Of a stretch of 64,000 bases of DNA, positions 54,807 to 63,933 are shown one piece after another. Position 1 is the first letter of the stretch. Every line of letters starts with the position of its first letter. The notes under the pieces were generated by a model that saw only the letters and a program-made list of their open reading frames with translations, did not search any database and was not told the DNA's origin. The position numbers and the translations under genes were made by a program. This DNA is from Gammaproteobacteria bacterium. GTDB taxonomy: Bacteria; Pseudomonadota; Gammaproteobacteria; SZUA-229. The stretch covers positions 32,008-96,007 of the forward strand of contig JAPHSS010000005.1 of the NCBI GenBank assembly GCA_026195255.1, given 5' to 3'.

Positions 54807-55109
54807 TATACAGATTTCAAAAGCAGGCAACCCGGTGAATCTAAACTCAAGCAGTCATTTTATTTATTGTAGGTGAACAATTCATCAGAAATACCAGTTT
54901 TCAGTATTTTATAAAAAACAGGATGACAGAAAAATTAAGATATTTTTAGAGGCGGCAAACAGTCTCTATATTCGAACTGTATTTTACTGATTATAATAAT
55001 CGCACTTTTATCACTCTATATAATACCCAATATCATGCCATCCATAATTGATAAGGCATTTGAATTTTATAAATTTAAATAAAGTTAATCTATTTAGCTA
55101 CCAGCATCA

Positions 55110-55940
55110 TTACTTCTTTAAGAGTTTTTCTAACATACCTTCTATTTTAATTAAGCGCTGATCCATGTCTCGTGTTCTTTGCTCCATAATATGCACTTCA
55201 CCTGCTTCGCCTTCTCCATTTTCACGGTCATTTTTCTGATGTTCAGCCTGTAAGGTTTCTAATACTATTCCAATCATCATATTTAAAAAGACAAAAGCCA
55301 CAATAAAAATAAACGACAAATAAAATATCCAGCTAAATGGATAAACCTCCATTGTTTCATACATTACATCTGTCCAGTCTTCAAATGTAGCAATACGAAA
55401 TAATGTTAACATTGATATCGAAATATTATCCCAGAGAACCGGATTAATATTTGCAAAAAATATACTGCCCATCGCGGCATAGATATAGAAAAATATAAAC
55501 ATTAACAACGAGACATATCCCATTCGTGGAATTGCCGTGACAAATGCGGCCAGCAATACACGCAATTCAGGAATTATAGAAATAAGCCTCAATACACGAA
55601 ATATTCGTAACAGACGACCCAACATCGCCGTTTCTCCATGTTCAATAGGCAGAATACTGGCCACTACAATTATAAAATCAAATATATTCCATCCTTTACT
55701 AAAAAACCTGAATAGATTTTTTTCAGCAAACATACGTATGATAATTTCAAAAAGAAATATTCCAGTAACCGCAATATCTAAAACCTTTAACACATTAAAT
55801 GCTGCAGGTGAAATAGCGTAGGTTTTTGCACCAATCACTAAGGCAGAAACAAGAATAACCACAATCACGAATGTTTCGAATATTTTATTCTCGCGTAAAT
55901 GAACTAATCGATCTTGAAGGGCTTGAAAATCTAAAGACAT
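55110..55940 (-). CDS. Single-domain 6-TM voltage-gated ion channel (NaChBac/BacNav-type architecture)
   Basis: S4 motif LGRLLRIFRVLRLISI with Arg at every third position. Pore loop FRIATFEDWTDVMY. Confidence 0.75.
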   Translation of the reverse strand: MSLDFQALQDRLVHLRENKIFETFVIVVILVSALVIGAKTYAISPAAFNVLKVLDIAVTGIFLFEIIIRMFAEKNLFRFFSKGWNIFDFIIVVASILPIEHGETAMLGRLLRIFRVLRLISIIPELRVLLAAFVTAIPRMGYVSLLMFIFFYIYAAMGSIFFANINPVLWDNISISMLTLFRIATFEDWTDVMYETMEVYPFSWIFYLSFIFIVAFVFLNMMIGIVLETLQAEHQKNDRENGEGEAGEVHIMEQRTRDMDQRLIKIEGMLEKLLKK

Positions 55941-56111
55941 ATAAAACTACTACTTAACAGTAAAAACGCGGGCAGTATAACTGAAATCACAGTTATTAAA
56001 TATACTACCTGGCCTAGGTTTAGTTACATTCTATCGCTTGTGCCTGACATCAGGAAAACCACAAAGCAAAATACATAAATTATAGCGTGGAAAACTTAAA
56101 AAGTAATTTGA

Positions 56112-58313
56112 CTATTTATTCTTACGCGGCGGCAAACCCGTATGTTGGGTAAGCATCTTTTTACCTTTGCCTATATTAGAATGGGTTCGATGTTTATGCC
56201 CCGAGGCAGAGTTTTTTCTACGTGCTGCGGCGTAATCTTTATTAGTTGCTGGCTGATCTTTCGGTATCAACTGCCTGTCTGCATCACCAATTAAATCTGC
56301 ACGCCCCATTCGCTTTAGCGCCTCACGTAATAATGGCCAGTTTGCAGAATCGTGATAACGTAAAAAGGCCTTGTGTAATTTACGCTGTTCCGGGTCTTTA
56401 ACGCTCTCCACCTCTTCACTTTTATAACTAACACTACGTAACGGGTTTTTGCCAGTGTGGTACATTGCTGTTGCCGTCGCCATAGGTGACGGATAAAAAG
56501 CCTGCACCTGATCTGCCTTAAAACCATTACCTTTTAACCACAACGCCAGATTCATCATATCTTCATCGGTGGTACCCGGATGTGCCGCAATAAAATACGG
56601 AATAAGGTACTGATCTTTACCCGCTTGTCTGGAATATTTTTCGAACATCTTTTTAAACTTGTCGTAACTGCCCATGCCGGGTTTCATCATTTTCGACAAT
56701 GGCCCGTCTTCTGAATGTTCCGGTGCAATTTTTAAACAGCCACCCACATGGTGAGTAACCAGCTCTTTTACATATTCAGGGTCGCGTATCGCCAGATCAT
56801 AACGTAAGCCCGATGCAATCAAAACTTTCTTAACACCGGGTAAAGAACGCGCTTCACGATAAATTTGCGTAAGCGCAGAATGATCCGTCACTAAGTTATG
56901 ACAAATACCTGGGTAAACACAACTCGGTTTTCGGCAGGCCGCTTCAATTTCCCGTGTTTTACAGGCAATACGGTACATGTTGGCTGTAGGCCCACCAAGG
57001 TCAGAAATCACACCGGTAAAACCCGGCACCTTGTCTCGAATATCTTTAATTTCCTGCAGAACAGATTCTTTAGAACGGTTTTGAACAATACGACCTTCAT
57101 GCTCAGTAATAGAACAAAACGTACAGCCGCCAAAACAGCCGCGCATAATGTTTATTGAAAAACGAATCATCTCATAAGCTGGAATTTTTTTACCCCTGTA
57201 TTGCGGGTGCGGCACGCGTGCGAATGGCATCGCAAAAACGTAATCCATTTCATCCATGGTGAGTGGAATGGGTGGTGCGTTTAACCACACATCAACAGCT
57301 CCATGTTTCTGCACCAGTGCACGTGCATTACCCGGGTTAGTTTCAAGATGTAGAACACGATTGGCATGCGCATATAAAGCCGCATCATTACTGACTTTTT
57401 CAAATGCAGGCAAACGGATGACACTTTGAGCGCGATCTAGTTTTATTTTTTTGAGCTCAATTTCCTCACCCTGTTCATTGTATTGCGCACCATAAAAAGC
57501 ATTGTCACGGCGCTCACGCTCACAGGCGCTCATCTCCTGTGTATTAATATACGGATTTACAATTTTGTCTATTTTTCCTGGGCGGTCGATGCGCGACGAA
57601 TCAATTTCCATCCAGTCTTTGGGAGTATCATGACGCACAAATACCGTGCCGCGCACATCCGTAATCTGCTCAATTTTTTCACCCTGTGCAAGGCGATGGG
57701 CCACTTCAACAATCGCCCGTTCTGCATTGCCGTATAACAACATATCGGCAGTTGCATCCACCAGAATTGAGCGTCGCACTTTATCCTGCCAGTAATCATA
57801 ATGCGCGATACGACGTAATGATGCCTCAATGCCACCCAGAATCACCGGCACCTCTGTCCAGGCCTCCTTGCAACGTTGCGCATACACCAGTGAAGAACGA
57901 TCAGGCCGTTTACCGCCGATATCGCCGGCTGTATAAGCATCATCGTTACGAATTTTACGATCAGCCGTGTAACGGTTAATCATCGAATCCATATTACCCG
58001 CCGCAACACCAAAAAACAGATTAGGTTTGCCCAGCACTTCAAAAGCGTCTTTAGAGCCCCATTCAGGTTGTGAAATAATACCCACACGAAAGCCCTGTCC
58101 TTCAAGCAGGCGACCAATAATTGCCATGCCAAATGAAGGATGATCGACATAAGCATCACCGGTAACAATAATAATATCGCAGGAATCCCAGCCCAGTGCG
58201 TCCATCTCAGCACGGCTAGTTGGCAGGAACTCGGCCACGCCATAACACTCGGCCCAGTATTGTGGATAATCAAATAAGGCAGTTCTGGCGACGGGTACTG
58301 AAATAGCGGACAT
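56112..58313 (-). CDS. ygiQ: YgiQ-family radical SAM protein (UPF0313)
   Basis: Strong N- and C-terminal similarity to the YgiQ pattern, including CFGGCTFCS and a basic tail. Confidence 0.85.
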   Translation of the reverse strand: MSAISVPVARTALFDYPQYWAECYGVAEFLPTSRAEMDALGWDSCDIIIVTGDAYVDHPSFGMAIIGRLLEGQGFRVGIISQPEWGSKDAFEVLGKPNLFFGVAAGNMDSMINRYTADRKIRNDDAYTAGDIGGKRPDRSSLVYAQRCKEAWTEVPVILGGIEASLRRIAHYDYWQDKVRRSILVDATADMLLYGNAERAIVEVAHRLAQGEKIEQITDVRGTVFVRHDTPKDWMEIDSSRIDRPGKIDKIVNPYINTQEMSACERERRDNAFYGAQYNEQGEEIELKKIKLDRAQSVIRLPAFEKVSNDAALYAHANRVLHLETNPGNARALVQKHGAVDVWLNAPPIPLTMDEMDYVFAMPFARVPHPQYRGKKIPAYEMIRFSINIMRGCFGGCTFCSITEHEGRIVQNRSKESVLQEIKDIRDKVPGFTGVISDLGGPTANMYRIACKTREIEAACRKPSCVYPGICHNLVTDHSALTQIYREARSLPGVKKVLIASGLRYDLAIRDPEYVKELVTHHVGGCLKIAPEHSEDGPLSKMMKPGMGSYDKFKKMFEKYSRQAGKDQYLIPYFIAAHPGTTDEDMMNLALWLKGNGFKADQVQAFYPSPMATATAMYHTGKNPLRSVSYKSEEVESVKDPEQRKLHKAFLRYHDSANWPLLREALKRMGRADLIGDADRQLIPKDQPATNKDYAAARRKNSASGHKHRTHSNIGKGKKMLTQHTGLPPRKNK

Positions 58314-58711
58314 AGGGGGGTACTTATGTTTAAAACGCTATTATACCAAGTAATACACAATACAAGTGGCCTATATGAGCACCGGACATCAATTATTTCT
58401 AATATTCGTCCAGCTTATTCTCTGAGCTGATTTATTGCCTCGATTTTTAAAATTTAAGTATTCTCAGGTTTTTCTTTAAACTTCTTTGAACATGAAAAAC
58501 GACTAACCAGACTTACATTTAACTGGGCAAAATACTTATAAATTAGACCTTAAAGCAAACATCTTTAATAAATAATAATCAGCTAAGTTGGCAGACCAGT
58601 TATTTTCTATTATATTTTTACAAACAGAAAATCGATTAACATTAATTTTTTATAATGTTAATCCGTTAAATTATCAAGTCTGTTAATTTGTTCTTATAGT
58701 TAGCAAGTTCG

Positions 58712-59446
58712 TTATGGGGTAGTTGCCGGCAGCCATGAATTTGTTGTATGACAAAAACCACACTCTTCTGTAGTAATTAAATGATCCTGGGCTTTACCTG
58801 TTGCTATAACATTATTATGGCAACTTGAGCAGGCTCCGCTTACAGTTGAATGATCAAGAGTAACACCAAGCCATGTTAATGTAGTGAGATGACAATCATC
58901 ACACGCACTAAGAGTGGGTATGTGGTGAGCATGTTTGCCCGTGGCAATTACCCCGTTATGACATGACTCACAGGTGCCGATAACAGCAGTGTGATCAACC
59001 CTGGAAACACGATCGAAAGTAATTGTATTATGACAATCTTCACATATTGCTGTGCTCTGAATGTGTGATGCCGATTTACCAATTGCAACAACATTATTGT
59101 GACAGGTTTGACATGCACCCTGAACATCACTGTGGTCATATTTTGCACCCGTCCAGGTATAGTCTGAATGGCAATCATCACAAAAATTACTACTGTTAAC
59201 GTGTTGCGGGTGTTTGCCGGGAGCTCGACTACCATTATGGCATTGCGAGCATACAAGCGGTGTACCTTTAAACTGACTGTTAAAATGACAATCGGAGCAC
59301 TCAACAGTTTCGTGTTTACCTATTAACGGAAAACCTGTTTCAAAGTGATCGAATCCCCTTTTTGCGTCAGCAGCTTGAACCAGAAAACTTAGAGAGAAAC
59401 CAAGCAGTAGTAATATTGGCGTGAGGCTCAAGCGAATAGCTTTCAT
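58712..59446 (-). CDS. Secreted nonahaem c-type cytochrome (9 CXXCH motifs in 244 aa)
   Basis: Signal peptide, then nine CXXCH motifs spaced ~20 aa apart. It carries the same CXXCHNNVIA(T/I)GK module as the giant cytochrome. Confidence 0.8.
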   Translation of the reverse strand: MKAIRLSLTPILLLLGFSLSFLVQAADAKRGFDHFETGFPLIGKHETVECSDCHFNSQFKGTPLVCSQCHNGSRAPGKHPQHVNSSNFCDDCHSDYTWTGAKYDHSDVQGACQTCHNNVVAIGKSASHIQSTAICEDCHNTITFDRVSRVDHTAVIGTCESCHNGVIATGKHAHHIPTLSACDDCHLTTLTWLGVTLDHSTVSGACSSCHNNVIATGKAQDHLITTEECGFCHTTNSWLPATTP

Positions 59447-59625
59447 AAATATATGCTCAATTTCTTATTATGCAGATTAGTTAGTTTAGCGTTTAATACT
59501 TAAAGCTTTCAAACTTTTGTACTATAACTGTCGTCGTAATGTCGATCCCATCACGTACTAACTGTAACTGTTGATAGTACGTTTGAGACAGCCGTCAGTT
59601 TTTCACAGCAGAAGCTTCATTCAAT

Positions 59626-60150
59626 TTAATTTTTTTGAGACGTCAGATTTATATCAAACACCTTGCCTATTACATCTATAGCTATCGGGCTATCCCAATT
59701 GTATGATCCGCGAACTTTTTCCAGCACACGACCATTAGCGTCGACAAAAACTGTCAGCGGAATAGTATTGGCACCCAGCATGTTTTCCAGAAACAGTTTG
59801 CTGTCGATAAAATTTTCAAAGGTAATTTTACTCTGTTTAATAAAAGCCATCGCCTTAACACGATAGTCGTCCGTGGAAATACCAATCAGGTTGAACTCTT
59901 TACCGTTATATCGTTGTGCAAGCCGCTGCAGAGAACCGATCTCATCCCGACAGGGGCCACACCAACTGGCCCAGATGTTAATGATCAGTGGTTTGCCTTT
60001 AAAATCAGAAAGCTTTTTTGATTTGCCATTAAGCCCATCCATAATCGCTTCGCGCAGATATTCACCACTCTCGACTTCACCGGGTGTAGCAGCAAACGCA
60101 ACTGTGGATAGCGTTGATATTATAAAAAATGTCAGAATAAATATTCGCAT
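59626..60150 (-). CDS. TlpA/ResA-like periplasmic thiol:disulfide oxidoreductase
   Basis: Signal peptide. WASWCGPC active site. Start set at the internal Met (MRIFILTFF). Confidence 0.75.
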   Translation of the reverse strand: MRIFILTFFIISTLSTVAFAATPGEVESGEYLREAIMDGLNGKSKKLSDFKGKPLIINIWASWCGPCRDEIGSLQRLAQRYNGKEFNLIGISTDDYRVKAMAFIKQSKITFENFIDSKLFLENMLGANTIPLTVFVDANGRVLEKVRGSYNWDSPIAIDVIGKVFDINLTSQKN

Positions 60151-60505
60151 GCAAGTATTACCTGTTTGTAAAAAACATATTTCTTTAACGCCGCAAGGCA
60201 ACTAAAACCTAAACTTGAATCGCTACAGTTCAGTCGATTTTGCCCTGCACGCTAATTAAGGTGCTGCAGAATTTATGGTAAATAGCTGTTCAAATCTCTA
60301 ATTAATATGATTTTTTGTAGAGGAGTCGACAAAAACAGCGCTAAAAGTGGGATAATATTCCCATAACTTCAAGCACAGCGCAATTATTGACCTTATTTAT
60401 TAGGTCATAGGGCGTGTGACTAAACTTAAAAAAATTATATGAAAGACAAACAGAAAGCGTCACATCTACTGTTTCACTTTCAATAGCATATTTGGTACTT
60501 AGATA

Positions 60506-63500
60506 ATGGACGTCAAGAATAGACTAAAAGCACTAACCACCTACTTATTAACGTGTTTGATAACTGTCATTGTCGTCGGTTGTGGCAGCGGATCAGGGGA
60601 TCAACCTAAAGACGAAACAATAAGCCCATCACCTTTTTCTTCAACTTATAATGAGCTAACCGCCGTACCTGGCCCCATGTCTGGCATTAGAGTGGGCGGA
60701 GTGGCGACATTAGATGGCAGCCAGTCATCTACCACATCAACCGAACCGTTGAGTTATAACTGGTCTTTTTCCAATATACCGGATGGCAGTAAAGCCGTAT
60801 TACAGGGCGCCACAACAGCAACCCCCAGTTTTACCGCCGATGTTGCGGGTGTTTATATGGTGCAACTGCTGGTTAGCGCAGAGGGCGTAACCAGCCCACG
60901 CGCCGTAGCGATGGTGGTGGTTACCAATGAAAACGAAAGTTTAATCGGCCCGTTTCCTGGCCATCAGGGCATATCATCTAATTGCGGGAGTTGTCACGAC
61001 GGCTTTACCCGAAATAGTAAAGGCGATTTTCTACCTCAAAAAGTACCAGACCACCCTGCTAGCAGTAATATGTGCCAGTCATGCCATACTCCACAGGGTT
61101 ACAACATCATCCCCTATGTTGATCATCAGGAAGTCTTTGGGAGTTGCAGCGGATGCCATGATGGTGTCAGAGCAATTGGTAAATCTGAATTTCATTCAGC
61201 AACCAATGCCGAATGCAGCGACTGTCATAATACCAGCCATTTTCTGGAATTAGGGCCGGACGGCAGCTTTGATCATTCGAATATAACCAGATCATGCTCT
61301 GGCTGTCACAACAATATAATTGCTATAGGTAAAACACCTGGCCCATCCGACACACCTCCCGGCAGTCACCCGGTAACTAACTCTGAATGTGGCAGCTGTC
61401 ATACTACGAGTAGTTTTCTGAGCGCCTACCCCGACCATACCGCCCCCGCTGTAACAGATTTCACCTGTGATTCCTGTCATATTGCAAACGGCTCAGGCTC
61501 AGCAAGAGGTCAATCCACCGGCCATCCAATATCAAATGCCGATTGTAATAGCTGTCATAACATTCAGAGTTTCAAAATGCCCGGTGGTATATTCAATCAC
61601 GCCTTGCTGGATGTAACAGTCCAGTCGTGTGAGTCTTGCCACAACGATAATACGAGCATTAATGCACCCGCCAAATCGTCTGCGACGCCTGCCCACCCAG
61701 CGACTGACAGCGATTGTGGAGCGTGCCATAGCACAGAGCAATTTAGCCCCGTATTTGCTATCGACCACACTGACCCGGCGGTACTAGCCGCCAGTTGCGA
61801 CTCCTGTCACGGTGTTAGCGCTAGCGGCAAACCGGCTAGCACTGCCGTTTACGCACATATGCCAACCACCGAAGACTGTAAGGTTTGTCATACTCCCGGT
61901 ACCTTTAGAACGGGCACCTTTAGTCACAGCGGCCCGTCTTACGTAGGTAGCTGTAACTCCTGTCACGACAATGTAATTGGTGTGGGTAAGTTACCAAATC
62001 ACATACCAACCAGCCCTGATAATCAGAATTGTGCCGATTGTCATGTCACAACTAGCTTTGCTGATGTCACGTTTGATCACAACTCAACAGATACCAGCAA
62101 CTGCCTGGCCTGTCACGACGGAAATATCAGTCAGGGTCAATCACCAGATCATGTAAACACCGCCGAGAACTGCTCCTCCTGCCACACGACCAGTACTTTT
62201 ACTACATTCGCGGGCACTTTTATTCATAATCCAGCGATAGTCAGCGGCGATTGCGCATCATGCCATAACACCGGTATTGCTCTGCCTAAAAAACTCAATC
62301 ACATTCCAGCACAGGCTGAATGCAGTGAGTGTCACGATGACACCACCGTTACTGGCGGTTTTGCAATATCTACATTTTTTGGAAATGTGCATCCCGGCAT
62401 TACTAATGGATGTGGAGGCTGTCACAGTGGTCAGTTCACTAGCATATCTACCAATCTCTACGGAAAACCCGTTAACCACTTACCAACGACCCAGGATTGT
62501 GACGTTTGTCATACCAGCGCTTCGTTTACAGCTCCTACACAATTTGCCCATGCGGGTATAAGCGGTAACTGTACCTCGTGTCACAATGGAGATTTTGTAA
62601 CAACTGGTGCCAGAGCAAAGTCAGCAACTCACCCAGTGACCACCGCAGACTGTGGAGCCTGCCATTCAATTAACAACAATTTCAACGATGGCACATTTGA
62701 TCATACTGGAATTGTAAGTGATTGCGCATCCTGTCACGGTGAAACCACCACGACGACTCCAGTAGGCCCCAAAAAGAATGTAGGTCACCTCCCAACCACG
62801 CAGGACTGCAGCTCCTGTCACACGGTCGGCACCTTTAATCCTGCAGTGTTTGATCATACGGGAATCATAGATAACTGTGTCTCGTGCCACGGTGATAGCG
62901 CAACAACAGCGGTAACCAAGAAGAATATCGGTCATGTCGCGACTTCGCAGGATTGCTCGGTGTGTCATAACACCAGCACTTTTGCTGGTGCCGCATTTGA
63001 CCATACGGGCATTACTAACAACTGTGCATCCTGCCACGACGGGGCAACTGCCAGAGGTAAAACACCACCGCCAAATCATCTGCCAACTACTCAGGATTGT
63101 TACGTGTGCCACCAGACCACCGGTTTTATACCGGGAACGTTTGATCACACTGGTATCTTAGATAACTGCAGGTCCTGTCATGATGGCGCAGTTGCCGTAG
63201 GTAAAACAGATACTCACGTACAAACAAACCAGGATTGTAGCGTTTGTCATAACACAAGCACCCCGCTTACTTTTATCGGCGGCGTGTTCGACCATACGGG
63301 TATAGTGAACAACTGTGAATCCTGTCATGACGGCGGTACGGCGATTGGTAAAGATGCAAAAACCAACCCAGCGCACATTCCTACCTCGCTGGATTGTAGC
63401 TCCTGTCATACGACGGCAACATTCCAGGGAGGCACATGGGTTCATGATTCCACGACGGCTAATAACTGTAATAGCTGTCACTTTGATGGCAGCGTCGCGA

Positions 63501-63850
63501 AACGCTACAAGTTATCTGGGCATTTAAATACAAACGAACAATGCGACGTTTGCCATACCACTAATGCCTGGGCACCGACCGACTTCACGCACAGCTCTCA
63601 AGGCAACTACCCGGGTGACCATAGAAGAGATCCGGGCTGTACAGGTTGTCACAAAGGCTCACTAAGCTCTGGCATTAACAGTGACAATTATCCTAATCAA
63701 TTAAGATACGCACCATTTTGTGCTGGCTGTCATGCAAATGATTTCGATTCAAAAGATGATCACATTGGTGGTAAAAACGGCACCATCGAACAGAATAAAG
63801 ATTGTGCGGGCAGTGGATGTCATCGTGTAAGAGACAGTGCCTTTGATTGA
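60506..63850 (+). CDS. Giant multihaem c-type cytochrome lipoprotein (~36 CXXCH + 1 CX4CH; N-terminal Ig/PKD-like domain)
   Basis: Lipobox VVGC after the signal peptide. 36 CXXCH motifs counted in the translation. Built from paired-CXXCH repeats. Confidence 0.85.
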   Translation: MDVKNRLKALTTYLLTCLITVIVVGCGSGSGDQPKDETISPSPFSSTYNELTAVPGPMSGIRVGGVATLDGSQSSTTSTEPLSYNWSFSNIPDGSKAVLQGATTATPSFTADVAGVYMVQLLVSAEGVTSPRAVAMVVVTNENESLIGPFPGHQGISSNCGSCHDGFTRNSKGDFLPQKVPDHPASSNMCQSCHTPQGYNIIPYVDHQEVFGSCSGCHDGVRAIGKSEFHSATNAECSDCHNTSHFLELGPDGSFDHSNITRSCSGCHNNIIAIGKTPGPSDTPPGSHPVTNSECGSCHTTSSFLSAYPDHTAPAVTDFTCDSCHIANGSGSARGQSTGHPISNADCNSCHNIQSFKMPGGIFNHALLDVTVQSCESCHNDNTSINAPAKSSATPAHPATDSDCGACHSTEQFSPVFAIDHTDPAVLAASCDSCHGVSASGKPASTAVYAHMPTTEDCKVCHTPGTFRTGTFSHSGPSYVGSCNSCHDNVIGVGKLPNHIPTSPDNQNCADCHVTTSFADVTFDHNSTDTSNCLACHDGNISQGQSPDHVNTAENCSSCHTTSTFTTFAGTFIHNPAIVSGDCASCHNTGIALPKKLNHIPAQAECSECHDDTTVTGGFAISTFFGNVHPGITNGCGGCHSGQFTSISTNLYGKPVNHLPTTQDCDVCHTSASFTAPTQFAHAGISGNCTSCHNGDFVTTGARAKSATHPVTTADCGACHSINNNFNDGTFDHTGIVSDCASCHGETTTTTPVGPKKNVGHLPTTQDCSSCHTVGTFNPAVFDHTGIIDNCVSCHGDSATTAVTKKNIGHVATSQDCSVCHNTSTFAGAAFDHTGITNNCASCHDGATARGKTPPPNHLPTTQDCYVCHQTTGFIPGTFDHTGILDNCRSCHDGAVAVGKTDTHVQTNQDCSVCHNTSTPLTFIGGVFDHTGIVNNCESCHDGGTAIGKDAKTNPAHIPTSLDCSSCHTTATFQGGTWVHDSTTANNCNSCHFDGSVAKRYKLSGHLNTNEQCDVCHTTNAWAPTDFTHSSQGNYPGDHRRDPGCTGCHKGSLSSGINSDNYPNQLRYAPFCAGCHANDFDSKDDHIGGKNGTIEQNKDCAGSGCHRVRDSAFD
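62495..63600 (+). repeat. Tandem near-identical ~140-nt (~47-aa) coding repeats inside the giant cytochrome gene
   Basis: Repeated units of the form DC.(S/V)CH.T.TF....FDHTGI..NC.SCH.G....GK....H.PT. Confidence 0.6.
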
Positions 63851-63909
63851 TTAAGCTAATATCAGCCCTCAATTAATTCGTTGCTTTGCGCCCTGCTCTT
63901 CATCAACTC

Positions 63910-63933
63910 GTTCCCACGGAATTTCGTGGGAAC
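63910..63933. repeat. Perfect 24-nt palindrome GTTCCCACGGAATTTCGTGGGAAC downstream of the giant cytochrome gene
   Basis: Read directly. No flanking T-run on either strand. Confidence 0.4.

Noticed and set aside
58633-58662. Hairpin GATTAACATT-N10-AATGTTAATC downstream of the nonahaem cytochrome gene, considered as a terminator
   Set aside because: The loop is T-rich but there is no flanking U-tract on the relevant strand. It was too uncertain to list as a feature.
61292-63527. Multiple 60-160-aa ORFs on both strands overlapping the giant cytochrome gene
   Set aside because: These are by-products of the GC-richer, repetitive coding sequence. They have no RBS, and the sense frame is strongly supported by 36 CXXCH motifs.
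62495-63600. Periodic repeats, considered as a possible CRISPR array
   Set aside because: The repeats are in-frame coding units of a cytochrome. They are not identical and have no unique spacers. No cas genes are present.
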